Shown here: positions 38,901-52,600 of the stretch, piece after piece
Layout of the letters: the number at the start of each line of letters is the position of its first letter
Numbering within the stretch: position 1 is the first letter of the stretch
Source of the DNA: Paraspadella gotoi
Lineage: Eukaryota; Animalia; Chaetognatha
Assembly (NCBI GenBank): GCA_051294375.1
Contig: CM119265.1
Coordinates: 23,088,099 to 23,152,098, forward strand
Direction: 5' to 3'
DNA length: 64,000 bases
Program-made: the position numbers and the translations under genes
Notes under the pieces: generated by a model
What the model saw: only the letters and a program-made list of their open reading frames with translations
The model's database searches: none
Told to the model about the DNA's origin: nothing

Positions 38901-41399
38901 ACTCTGTCTCTACGACGAAGAGTCCGTCTGGGAATGGATGGAAACTACGATCAAGATGAGGTTTTAAAAGATTCTAAAAAAGGCTTCAAATGTGTAATGA
39001 AATGTTTAAAAATTTTGAAGGTTTAAAATTTAAATGTACACATAAGTCTTATGGTTTTAAATTGTCAAGTTTTATGAATTTCTGTAGAAAAGTGGTTTTT
39101 TTTTTGTTGTCAACATAAGCTGTCCCGGCCGGTAAAACTTTATAATCTATCATTTGACTTCTTAGAAAAATGGTGAGGATTTTTCTCGAAAGGAAACAAA
39201 AAAAGTTGGTCCATAAATATCCGTCTCGCTTCTTTAATATAAAAAAAACCTCCCCCCCCGCGGAAAGCTCGCGACGCCTGCCATCCCCTCGTCAACGCCA
39301 CCGCGTCTCGTCACACATCACGCCCTCTATCTCAATGCCTTCTCGCGACGTCTGCTTCTGCCGTCCATCGACTACGCCACGCCACGTCGACCGGAAAATG
39401 CGTTGCGGGTGCAGAATCCGGCGATGTGTTGACGTTTTGGGGGTCGGCGATGACGTCCCCTTGCGTCTCGAATGCGTCGTCGCCGTCGTGACGCGTGGCT
39501 CCACGTCCGCGGCGACGCGGGGAATCCACTCAGGCGTCGTACTGCCAGGACGGGCGTCGGCAGTGACCAGCAGAGTCGGTCCACGGGCGTCCCTTTCTGC
39601 GTCGGCGTCTTTTCCTCTTCGTCACGGTTTTTCTTTTCGGCCGCTGCTCTTGTGCGACGGCGGCCGGCTGCGCTCTGAGGGGCTTCTGTCCGCCGCCAAT
39701 CCTCAGGCGTGGCGGAGCCAATATATGGCCTCCGGCAGACGGCGTCGTCGAATTTCCGGCGCCGTTTGGAGCGTCCTTCGTCGATCTTTCGATCCTCGCC
39801 AATCCCTCTTCGCCGTCTCTTTCTGGTTCTTCCCTTTTCTCCGACGGTATGGCTGGCATCCGTCTATTTAATGAGCTCGATGCGAAGGAGTCTCCGGTTT
39901 CTCGCGCGCTCGGCACTGGCGTCGACGATTCGGCGTCGGCGGCGTCGTTTTCGCCTCATCGGAGCGTCCACGACCAGACGATTGAGTGAGCTTCGTTTGT
40001 CCGCGTCTCTGGGAAGTTCGTCGTCTTCTTCGATTACGATTCCGATGGCCGGAATTTTGTCGACGCCTGGGTTCTAACGACTGCGCCGCGAACGGCCGGT
40101 TGGGCGAACGTCGCTTTTCCTACGGCGGCGCTCTAAGAAGTTCAACTACCCCAATTTTCCGCGACGATTCTGATGTCTTCGGGGCTCGGAGTTCGAGACG
40201 GACAGGGTCCGCCAGTCTCGGGCGGCTTTTCCGGGCGAAATTGAAGGAAAGGCTTTTTGGCTTGGCTTTTTTGGCTTTCGTTGGGGATTAATTATATAGT
40301 AAATTAATAAATCAAATTTTATATGTGGTTGTACTAATTTCCATTTAATAAACATTTACAAGTCTAAAAATGAAGGCCATCTACATTTTGTAAATCAATG
40401 TTTCGAATATAATTATACTTTACTCCTATATTTTAGAAAGCAGCATTGTCATAGTTATCCCTTTCAAACCCTCAACAAATGAATACATAAAATATTAAAG
40501 AATTAAATTGTTATATATTTCTAAATTCTAATATGAATAAATCTCAAATAATTATTTCATTCAGTGGATAACAAAAATAAATTAAAACGAATTCCAAAGA
40601 TGCAAAATGAGATTTATGAACACGAGTAACTTTTAAAGCTTTAATTTTTTCATAGGATCTGAAAGATCTTCGCGGGAAACCAAATGCTCTTCGCGCCCAG
40701 GCGAACCTTTGGAGGTCGGGCCTTGATTTCTACGTCTTTAGCATCGACGATCCTTTTTCACCATGTCGTCTTTCATCGTCACGACGGCGTCAAGTTTTCG
40801 AGAACTCTCCCTCAAAGGCGGCGTCGTTTACTACGGCGATTGCGACGCCGATCATCGCTTTAGCCGCCTATCGCGTTGTTCGCGAGCGGGCAGCGACGGC
40901 AGGCAGAGGTGGAAGCGGCATCGACGGCAAGCGGCAGCAGCGACGAATTCGCTCTCCTCCTCATCTTCGCTCCTCTCTTCCCCCTCCTCTCATCTCCTTC
41001 CTCTCCTCGCTTCCTCCTTGCACCCCAAACTCCCCGTCTCGCCTTCTCCCTCTCTCTCTCCCTCTCCTATTCTCCCTTCTCCTCCCCTCCTAACCATCCT
41101 TCCTACTTCGCGCTTTCCTCGCCGCCCGCTTCGACTCGGCCCCCAGCCGCCGAGTTGAAACCGCTTTTGTCGGGCAGCCTCGACTTGCCCGCCGAAGTTG
41201 ATCTTCTTACGCAGTGGATTTCGATCCTCGAGGCGAAGTTGAAAACGAACGGTGGAAGTTTTTAATTATGGAGTGGAGTTGGAAGACCTTCGTGGATGAG
41301 AGGCCTGCTGGAGGAGAAGGTGATGCTTAAAAAATGGTGGAGATGGTTTGGTTTTCGCGTAACAAGGCATAGCCCTAGTGAGAGAGAGAGAGAGAGAGA

Positions 41400-41442
<43 letters not shown>

Positions 41443-42179
41443 AAAAAAAAAAGAATAAGGCATATTAATACTTTTTTTTTTTAAATGTGCTCATCCTTGA
41501 CCAAAACAACCCTCGTATGTCTGCCCCCTCCACAAGGCCAAATTCAAAACGCCCATCACTTCCGCCTTCAAATCCCTCTCTTCCGCCTTCACATCCACAC
41601 GCCACCGCCTCTACATCTCCATCAATTTACTCCATCATCCCGTCCACGTCTCTCTTCGTCGCCCGTCGGCTAACAACTTCGCCGCGTCTCCAAATTCCTC
41701 GTCCCCGGCGACGCCCACCGAGAACGTTGGGTCTCCTTTCTTGTCCTCGACGGCGCCTTCGCCGGCGTTCCGGCGTCGGGATCAAAGTCTTCGATTCAAC
41801 GCCGGTCGCGTTTCGGCGTCGGTTGAGGGCGTGGAAGTCTTTTCTCGCGTCAACGAACGGCGCCGATGACGAACGGCCGTGGCTGATGTCGTCGCAGCAA
41901 CAATTTGAACTCTGTTGGTCGAGGAAAATGGAATCGCGATTGGCGGCGCCAGTCGCTGAGCTATCCACTGCGATTGGCAATATGGCAGAATTGTCCCTAT
42001 GTCGACGGGAACGTGCCGAAGATCCGTCGCGTGTGGAGAAGATTCGTCCCGTTATCGACGCGCTCAGCCGCCGCGCCGTTAACGTCCCGTCAAAAGGAAG
42101 CTGAGTCGTGGGAGTGAAGCGCCTTTTTCGCTGTTTATGTGGTTGTTTTAGGCTTTTGCTTCATTGAGAAGAGAGAGAG

Positions 42180-42237
<58 letters not shown>

Positions 42238-43788
42238 AGAAAGAGAGAGAGAGAAAGATTTAGTAATCAGTATTTTAATGGGCAATTAAATGTGCATCTT
42301 TTGTTTCTTTTGTGAAGACTTGGGGCAGCGTACAAGAAACGCCACCACGAAAAGGGGAAAAATAAAACAAAAGTCTTTCTTTAAGTAATTCGTAAAAAAT
42401 TGTTTTGATTTTGCTAAAAATTTACGAAAAATTTTTAGTTTGTTTCTCCTCGAGTAAAATTTCGAACTTAAAACAAGTGAAATTATTTTTAATCAAAACT
42501 GGTTCGGAAAACATCGTACGACTGTTGTTTTGAAAAGTTCAGATAGTTGATAAACGGAATTGCGTGCTGTTTATTCGAAAAAAAACTCCATAAAAAGTTC
42601 AAACAAGAACGAACTTTTCGCTATCATATCTCGAAAAGCTCTCGCACTGATTAGATTAAACAAGAGAGAAGCAGAAAAAAAAAAACTGGTATTTCTCTCT
42701 TTTTTTTCCACTTTACATCTACATATATTCCGAAAAACAAATGGGGAGCTCTCATCAAATTTTTCATTTTATTGGACTTATTTTTTCGAAAATATGGAAT
42801 TCTTTTGGGTGAGTCAAACTGCACAACTGTATATCTAAAAGAGTTTGAACTAAGTTCTACAAAGCTCATTATAATATGGATTTTTATAGTAATTTAAATT
42901 TTTTCATGCGTCTTTATGATCATATTTTGAAATAATTTTCCCGAAAAAGATAAACAAGTCTATAGTATAAGAGTCATTTTCTGGTGACTCGAAATTGACA
43001 TTTAATAAGGAAACAAAAAACAACAAAACCGCGAAACGATTCTTTAGAAACACAATTTTAATTACTTTTATGGTGGACTAAAATACACCAACCGTTCATC
43101 AGCGGCCATTGGTGCCGGAGGCAAGTCATTCGCCCCATATCCAAAGGTCGGGTTCTAGCCCAGGTGGTCGTCTGGCAAGTTAAGAGGGACGGGGACGCGT
43201 TAACCCGCCTGTAACAATGGTGTTACAGCCTGATCCGAAGCTCATGGAACTGCTTAATATTGAGGTTCGGTCCATTACACAATATCAATAATACTGTCTC
43301 TTCACTTTATTAATTGCAACTCTATTATCGTTCATTGTCTAAATCACAATTTTTGTGAACAGCGTAAACAGCGCCGTGCCTCCACATTTGTCGACGAGGC
43401 GCTTCTCTTGTCGCGCACTCAACTGGCGGCCCGACATCCGAGCCGGGAAGAGGAACGGCTGTCTCAGTGGTCAGGAATTCGTCAAGAGGATTACGAAGGC
43501 GTCAACCAGACGCTCAACTGCATGTGGCCGAACAGGTATCGGGAAATGTGCATTGTGCAATTTCAAAATTGCAATGTTATACGTAGGCTTGTTTTAATTT
43601 TTCTGTATTTTACTGGCGAACTCGAATGTAAAGGACGACTGGCGGTTTTCATTGGGGTTGATACATTTAATAATAATATCTATTAAAGCGATGGAGTCTA
43701 ATATATATGTGTATTGTACAACCAAGACAACATAGCTCTTCTCTCTCCTCTCTCTCTCTCTCTCTCGTCTCTCTTCTCTCTCTCTCCG

Positions 43789-43820
<32 letters not shown>

Positions 43821-45160
43821 GTCCTCACGTGAATTAATGACTACGTTTAACGTAATTGTATTACACCGTTTATGAAATTTTTGGTACACCAATATAAAAA
43901 TTATCCATTCATTTAAATAAATAAAGCTATCTTGCCCCTGACTTTGGACAGGCTTTGGTGGTTTAAGGCCTCCATCACTCTTAACAAGATAATGACATAG
44001 CAGGTCCCTGCAAGCTTCAACCAGACTCTCTCACAAGTCTCGTTTATTCCACTCCCAGAGTAACCTGGCTTCCCTAATCAATGAAGTGGAAAATATTTCA
44101 AAAGAATGTTTCAATTGTATGCAAAGACCAACTCCCTTAAGTATTAGATGGGAATACTTATTGTACTGCCGCACTAGCATCAAAAATTACAAAGAGGCTG
44201 AATTTTATGAAATTGGTACAACCAATATAAAAATTATCCATTCATTTAAATAAAATAAGCTATCTTGCCCCCTGACTTTGGGACAGGCTTTGGGTGTTTA
44301 AAGGCCTCCATCCACTCTTACAAGAATATTATATTATATAATGTATTTACTAATTTAATATACGTTCACTTACATTTCCCACTCAAGAATCAAACGACGG
44401 CGATTTTCGAGGCGAGAAATCGACGTTCTCGCTGACATACAGGCCGAACGCAGAAGAGAATCTCCAAAGGAAGAAACCATTTTTGGAGTTCCATTCAACG
44501 TGCAAGATTCTTCCGGTGTCAGGGTACACAGGGCGTACAGGGGTGCAGGGGTCACACTGCATATACTAATGCCGTTAAAAATTATTAATAAATCGCTAAT
44601 CGTCTGTACTCGTAAAATCAAAATGAAGTTATCGATCGTTAAAATCAAATTAACGTGGATCAATCATTTCCGTTCAAACAATCAATCGGTAATGGGAAAA
44701 TCGATCAATCAATTAGAAACCATCAATTAGTGAAAAACGTCAGTCGATCAATCCAACAATGAATCACTCAATCAATGCGATCTTTCATATCTGTCAAAGG
44801 AGAGGTAATAGCAATCAATTTTTTTGCTAAACCATCACTCGAATTTAAGGTTAGTATCGTAAAACATTGCGTCTGACGCTCTGACTTCATTATGCATTTG
44901 CAGATTCTTGTTTCAGTGAATTGCCCAATGCTTGCTGTGCTTACCTCAGCCTCAATAGACGGTGGCGAAGTGGCGACGGCGGGAGGCGGTGAAGCGCATG
45001 CGCTTGAGGCGGCGCATTATGCTCGCTCGGTTCTCTGATTCTCTTATATTTGTGCCCGAGTTGTGCCATGTGGTGGGAGACGAATTGCAAATTGTGGGGA
45101 AGAACGCGAAACGTGCTACGACACGAGGGCGGATCGTAGGGGGAAGTTCGGGTGGTAAGA
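32752..45160 (+). other. Indel-rich second copy of 17481-29465 (fold-back/Tc1, XK-like gene, FAAH2 exons 1-4); probably unpolished long-read sequence from the other haplotype
   Basis: Colinear over ~12 kb, with single-base insertions/deletions every 10-20 nt spread evenly over exons and introns. Confidence 0.9.
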
Positions 45161-45266
45161 GTGAAGAAACAACCAATTAACGTTTTTTCCTCGTCATCAT
45201 CGTTACGTGGACAGATCGAATGAATGTCATCCGCGCGCCTGACCTTACCTTTACTTTCCCGTCCAG

Positions 45267-46615
45267 AGCGGCGAAGGCCTGTGCATTCATCAGCGCCGCC
45301 GGTCAGTCTTCGGCCTGGAACCGACATCGGCGGCAGCCATTCGCCTCCCTCTTTCTTCACGGCGTCTTCGGGCACAAACCCACCCGCTACAATGGTGCCC
45401 AAAAGGGTCAGTAACCCGCTGGGATCCGCGGAGGAACAGGGCTGAACAACACCGGACGCGATAATGTCGATAATCCCGAGGATTTTGCTGCCAACGTTGA
45501 AGGCGAGTGGAGTTGGGGTTTTTTTAAAAACGCGTGAATGTTAAATACGGCATTTTAACGATTACGTAGTGGTATGATTTTAGTAAATTAGAAATGAATT
45601 GGATAACTTATCGATTATTTACTTGTTCAAAAAAGAATTAAATTAATTAACTTTCAACTAAATTGGATATTATATATATTAAGTCCAAATAGAGTAACAT
45701 AATCTCATTTTGTCAATGTAATACTTGTCCATCAGTTTTGGCGGGGAGGAGATTCTGAAAAAAACTAAAACTTGATGAACTGCATATTGAAAAACCATTT
45801 TCGCTCAATAGTTTATAGGTAGAATTAGTCGCGTGTATATTGAAATGATTAAACAGCCTTTGATGTATTAGGGGGTGGGGGACCNNNNNNNNNNNNNNNN
45901 NNNNNNNNNAGGAAGAACAACAATTAACGTTTTTTCCTCGTCATCATCGCGTTACGTGGACAGATCGAATGAATGTCATCGCGCGCCTGACCTTACTTAA
46001 CTTTCCCGTCCAGGCGGCGAGGCTTGCATCATCAGCGCGCGCCGGTCAGTCTTCGGCCTGGAACCGACATCGGCGGGCAGCAATTCGGCGCATCCCTCTT
46101 TCTTCACGGCGTCTTCGGGCACAAACCCACCGCTACAATGGTGCCCAAAAGGGTCAGTACCCGTCTGGGATCCGCGGAGGAACAGGGCTGAACAACCACC
46201 GGACCGATAATGTCGATAATCGCCGAGGATTTGCTGCCAACGTTGAAGGCGAAGTGGAGTTGGGGGTTTTTTAAAAGGTGAATGTTAAGATACGGGCATT
46301 TTAACGAATTACGATGTGGTATGATTTTAGTAAATTAGAATGAATTGGATAACTATCGATTATTACTTGTTCAAAAAGAATTAAATTAATTAACTTTCAA
46401 CTAAATTGGATTATTATATATATAAGGTCAAATAGAAGTACATACAATATCATTTTGTCAATGTAATACTTGTCCATCAGGTTTTGGCGGGGAGGAGAAA
46501 TTCTGAAAAAACTAAAACTTGTGACTTCGATTGAAAAACATTTTCGCTCAAAGTTTATAGGTAATGTAGCGGCGTGTATATTGAAATGATTAAACAGCCT
46601 TTGTGTAATTAGGGG
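45267..46615 (+). CDS. FAAH2: FAAH2-like exons 5-6, present only as two noisy copies either side of a 25-N gap (45885-45909)
   Basis: The consensus of 45267-45502 and 46014-46248 reads GGEACIISAAG..FGLGTDIGGSIRIP.FFHGVFGHKPT...GP.CR..EDLLPTLK (catalytic Ser motif GTDIGGSIR). The next exon starts VLAG after CATCAG. Confidence 0.75.
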
Positions 46616-46625
46616 GTGGGGGACC

Positions 46626-49600
46626 TTACCTGCTGGTCCTTAAGGCATTGTACCGATCAGTGGTTGTTTCTATTGACGAGGGCGTCCTCTTTTATGCTTA
46701 ATAAGAGTGAGGACTCCGGATCGAACCCGAAACCTACGTTTGGGCATGGTGCCATCAGTCTGCAGACTAAGAAAACCATAACGACTTTATTGTTGGTGAG
46801 GCAAGCTTAAGTCTTCGGAAACGACCCTTAAATAATACTTGATCCTTTTCACAAAATCATGAATACCTCTCTCACCTCATTCAAATCATCAGCTGCACAA
46901 CTTCGACTCTGAAGTGACGCCCCGGAATTAAGCCACGCTCAACACGATGGCGTCGTTTTTCTCGCGCCGCCGCGCCCGCGTTCCGAAGAGCGCAGTACTA
47001 TTTCCCAATTTAGAACTTCTTCGAAGTTGTGGGGAGCGATTAAGGGGACCGAACGGCGGCGCCCCCACATTTTTGTCGCTTAATGGGTTTACGGAAGGTA
47101 TAATACTATTCCAGTAATATATTACTAATAGAGCCTGTTGATGAATATTGTGGCTTTCGTGCGATAGTATTGATTTATTGATTATTGGAGAGAATAATCG
47201 TTCAAAGTTGATGCTTTATTCATTATCAGTCAAACAAATTTCTTCGCTAATGTATCCAGATTTTTTGATTTGATTTGATTCGATTGATGAAGATTGATTG
47301 AATTGATGGTTTTATTCATCGGTTCCTCTTGTCGTGTTTTCCTCTCATAGCTATCGCGGCAAACAACCCTTTTCACAAGAGGGCGCTGCTTTGGATCTTC
47401 GTCGCCTCCGGGCACACCTTTCCGGCGATCCTTTTGGGCTGGATCGGATATACCGGGTCGTTTCCACGGCCGGCCGAGTGGAAAGCCAGGTCGCGAGCCC
47501 ACGTATTGAGGATGAGCTCGACAAGACTTTTGGGTGAGATTAAATTTCCAGATTATATGTATTTTAGTTTTTATATTAATAGCTCTCGTCAGGACTAGAA
47601 TGGGCCATATGGTTGCGGACGGTGATGACCGGCTGCCGCTGTTAACGCTTGGTGGATTTTAACCCTAAATTATTTTCTTTTCATGAATTACTTCAAGTTT
47701 AAGGTTTTTAACTAATTATTAATCTAATCATCTTTATCAGCTTTTTTTAAGTTAGTTGGCAAACCATTCTAGTCAATTTTATAAGTTAAAGTTCGCTTAT
47801 TTTAATGTAATTTTTACCCGTTATTTGTAACACTTTAATTCAACTTTGGTAATAATTTTAATTTTAAGTGAACTTTTTAGTAGACAAAAAAATTATAAAA
47901 TACTAATTAAACCTTATAAGGCGCGACGGAGTTCTCTCTGTCCCAGCAGTCACCGAACTACGCCTTGCTATCATAATCAGTCCCATTTTCAAAAAGTTCG
48001 CCCCTGTACACAATGATCTTCAACATATTCGGACCCGTACTCAAGTCCCCCTAGGGCTGGGCAAGAGGGCGTGCCGGTTGGGGGCTGCAGGTCGTGGCCG
48101 CCAGGCGACGACAGACTCTCGCATTGCCGTCGCGGATCGTTGGAGAAGAGATTCGGTGGTTGGGTCAACGCCATTGATCGACGGAAAAGAAGAGATTGCT
48201 TGGGGTATTTGCGCTTCGGCCCAAGACTTGGTCGGTCTGGACGACAGGTTATAAACCAATGTCCTGCTCTTGCCAGGGCTCCGTGGTTTGCTCGTTGTAG
48301 GATTAGTGTAATTTTGTATAATCAAGTTCGTTCATCAGGGATTGTCAAATGTTCAATATTAGAGTTCATTGCAAATATTTTGTACATGTAGTCCTTGAGC
48401 CTGAAATTTAAGAGTGTAAATTAATCCTTAATCATTTTTTAATTTCTTATTACATTACAATAAACTAGGATTTTACTTTTGTTTTTTCCAAAAGTTTTGT
48501 AAAGTTGTAAATTTGCTTTTTGAATCTGTAGCTGGGGATGTTCTGTCTGACTTTAATAAATTTTTGACCTTAACCTCAATAATATGTTAACTGCAAAAAA
48601 ACCATTTCTTTTTTAATCAAACTTGCAAGTATTTTTGCTAGCAAAACGACATTAATGCAAGGAATACAATTTATTTATTCTAGATTAATCACTAAGTCTG
48701 CAGTTAAGTCAGGCTGAGACTCTAAACATTAATCACTCCCTCGTTTCTCTTAAGAAAATTTTAAAATCTCGGGGTTTCCACTGATTCCGAAAAAAAAAAG
48801 AAACCGGTCTAAGACTCTAGTCTAATGATAAACCAGGCGCAGAAAGCAAAAAATGACTCTTGTGGTTTTGAAAATATAATCGAAAACCAGTTTTTCCCAG
48901 TTGCGACGAACTCTGGGTAAATATTACAAATGTAGATATTGTCTAATTACTAATTTTTGGAATGAATGATGAAACTGAAATCTCACTTTTCTTAGTATGA
49001 AATGGTCAGAAGCGGAGATGTTCTTCAGCGTTATCATTTCCGAATAAGACAAGCTATTTCGTGAAATGGTAAAGTATATATGCCCACATTCTTTTTCTTT
49101 TTCTACACTAAATGTGCTATAATTCTTTGTTAACAAAAGGCTTTTTTTGCCTTCGAACTACATATTATTTAAAAAGCTGCTTTAAATAAAAACACCAAAC
49201 CTCCCGCCCTTCTCTCCGCCGCCTCGCCTACCCACCCGTCCGCTCCTCGCCACACCCCCTTGATCCGCCACCGACGACGAACGACTTACGACACGACGAC
49301 GACCTTGACCCGCTTTGCGCCGAGAAGAATATCCCCACGCTCATCGAGGGGGTCTCACGGGCTCTCCGTTCCGATCCTCATCCCCATCAAGTCTTCACAA
49401 CTTCCTATGTCACGCGGAGGTGGACGGGCTTGCTTGAGAGTCGACGACGGTCTCCTCATTCTAGGAAGAGGGGATCTGTGGACGCCCCGCCGCCGCCTCC
49501 ATCACCAACATCGGACGAAGCGATCGAGTAGCGCGTGGGGATGCGGAAGAGAAAGTCGTTGATCAAGTGGCCCCCGTAGTGAAGAATGGTGCCCACTTTG

Positions 49601-52600
49601 GGACCCGTCCGAGAGAGACAGGTCGAGCAGGGCCGTCGCCGGCGTGGAGAAGGCAACACTCGGAAATATTCTTTAATCTGGCGAATCGGGTGACGGAGAG
49701 GAAGTGAGGGCGTAGATGACCATTTTCTCTCCTTTCAGCGTCTGCTCTTTCCATCGCCGCTCACTGGCGCGGTTTCTCGGCCTCATTTTCCCTGTGGCAC
49801 ACCGGCGACAATCGGCGCGACAACCACCTCCGGCGCCGCCGCGTTATTGCCGTTCCAAATATCTCACCCTAAACTCTCCGGGATCCATTTTCGGCAATCA
49901 TGAACGATAATAATGACGGAACGGCCCGAACCATTTTCTCATCAATGATGTCAATGCTTTCCATCGCCGCCAAGTCCGAGATTTGTAACGCCGCCCATTG
50001 AGCACCGGCGAATCGCGGCGAAAGCTGGACGGCTCTTCAGTGGATCGGTGTTGTTCCAAGCGGCGTCGACAGCAAGCGCGGCAGGACGCCACGTCCGGTG
50101 CTGCATCACGTGACCCAGAGGCGGCGTGGAATGGCGCGTGGTGACGGGATCGTGGACGCCGGGGCGGACGGTGGCGTAACGCGTTCCCGCTGCCGCCGGA
50201 ATATGGACGATCGGGCAAGGCGCGGGTACGCGAATTCACGTCAAGTCCAATCAGTGGACGGCGCGGGACGCAGGGCGCCGCCGGCGTGGCGAAAGGCGAA
50301 CGGCGTTCGTCGTCCGTTCGCATGGGGAAAAGTACGGCGTCGTCGAGTCGTAGGATCGATGCCCTCTGGAGATTCCGGCGTCGATCTTGAATGAGAGGGT
50401 GAGGGGGGGACATTTCGTAACGAAAGTTTATAATGAAATTTTCGTTACGTTTTATTGTTAATAAGAAAGGAAGAATGAATTCGATAGATTTTACAGTTTA
50501 TAACTATATAGTATGCTATAGTAATGAAATTGGTACAACCAATGTAAAATAATCGCCATTCATTAATAAATAAGCTATCTTGCCGCCTGACTTTGGACAG
50601 GCCTTTGGGTGGTTTAATGGCCTCCATCACTCTTACACGATAATTATATACTTGACAATCATGCCATAAAGTTCAGTCATGACTTCAGTACTTTTACAGT
50701 TTTTTAGCAGTGTCTAAAGCACTTTTCCCGTCTTTCCAAGCTCACATAAAAGCAAACAAAACCAAAATAAAGAACGGAACAACTAAAACAAAACGAGTCA
50801 AACTGCGCCGTTCCAACAATTCCTGAGCGGCGTCGGTAAAAGATTAGAGAGAGAAGACGCAAGACGGCGGTCGATATTTCAACGGCGCCGCCAGAGGATC
50901 GAGCGCGATTCTCCGTGGTGGCGGGACGATGAGTTCGATCTCGACGTCCGCAAGATTTGAAGATGCGGTTCCACCTGCCTCGTGAAATGAGAGGCCTGCG
51001 AGGTGGAGGAGGAGAAGCCATATAGATTTATAGCGAGGCTACGAAGTCGCTCGAAGGGAATAATCAGATTTTCCTCGATTTTCCGTTCAAGAAATGGTTT
51101 CCATCGAATTATATAGTCAAGCCCACTACGAAGTGTGGCAATATGGGGCATATTTCGAAGCATGGGGTCTTGCGGAAGACAACTGGGGGGGAGCGCGAGA
51201 AAATTCGTATATTGTTACAATGTAAATGTGCACTTAACAGGACTGGTTTTTGCCTTTTTTTTTTTCTGTATTTCTTTTCCTACTGTCGTAATCTCATAAG
51301 ATTAAAAACAAAAGGTAATTATGATTACAGATATGATAGACACTGTCTTGGCTTCATTTCAAGGTAATACAGTCTGTTGATTCATGCAAGGCTTGCTTGC
51401 TTAATCAAGCAATCAGAAAAACTAGTTTTTAAGTCGTTTTTATACCCATCGTGCGCAATGAGAATTGTTAATTTTCTGATTTTAAGACTATATAGTGATC
51501 TCTAGACTTTTCTTTAGGGGGGAGCGCGGAAAAATCCGGTCATGTTATTAAAAATCGAAGAGTAAAATCCAAATAAGATTTTAATTCGATACAATCCGTT
51601 TAAACATTCTTCTGTTTATGCTCGCTGGGGCGTATTGAATTTGCTGGGAATATTAGTTCTTTGTTACGCGTGCTTGGCCGGAAGCCTCAATGTATGGCTG
51701 TGGCTCGCGATTCTTTTGTTGAGCGAATGAAGCTTCGGATGACCACTGCCGACAATGAAAACGGTTTATTTCCCTCTGTGTTTCTTTTTAATGGCTTTTT
51801 CTGGATGCTTTCGAGCGGGAATTTAAATCATATTCAATTATTATCAATTATTCAGCAAGCTCGATCGGCATTACAAGGGGAAAACGAAAATCGGTCATTT
51901 TCAATCGGACCGTTGTCCGCCTAACGTCTTACCGCTCGCGTTAAGATTTGATAAATTAAAGTTAAAATTATTAATATTAAGATTAGATGTAAGTTAAGAT
52001 GAAGGGTAAGGTTAGGGTTTAAGTTTAAGTTGGGTTAAGGGCAAATAGGGTAGGGGTAAATAGGGGAAAATTAGGGTTACGGGTAAATTAAGGGAAAATT
52101 AGGGTTAGGAATAAAAATTAAGGGGTTTTTGGTAAAGGAAGTAATTTATTTCTCGTAAATGTCAGTTTAATCTTCATATAATTAATATATAATTTCAATA
52201 ATAATAATATGATAGTAATATTAATTTAATAAAAAAAAAATAATATTAAGACGGTCGTCCCATTCGGAATCAACGACACGGGGAAAAAAAGTCCATATCC
52301 CGTTCTCAACCGGCTCATTGGTCGAACCGATGAAACGGACAAAATCACAAGCGTAAAGCATTTCTTGAATTTCACAATGTTTTTTTTGTAATTACTTATT
52401 ACTTCGCACGGAGTACACAGCTTACGATCATTGTATTTTTCAGAATCTACTATATTGTACCTTTCCTTCGATGCATACTTGTTAATAATCATTACATGTA
52501 ATAACTTGTTTAAACTTAATATCTTATCATGTAACAACAAACGGTCAATGTGTTCGATCCAGATTGTGCAGCCGGCGTTGCTGTGATTGCCCATTGGGAT

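Noticed and set aside
38376-45155. XK-like and FAAH2 pseudogenes
   Set aside because: The uniform indel-type divergence fits raw long-read error better than evolutionary decay.
45860-45884. Possible further GG donor (ATTAG|GGGGTG) at the end of FAAH2 exon 6
   Set aside because: Both copies are noisy and disagree, and a GT alternative lies a few bases upstream; it cannot be called.
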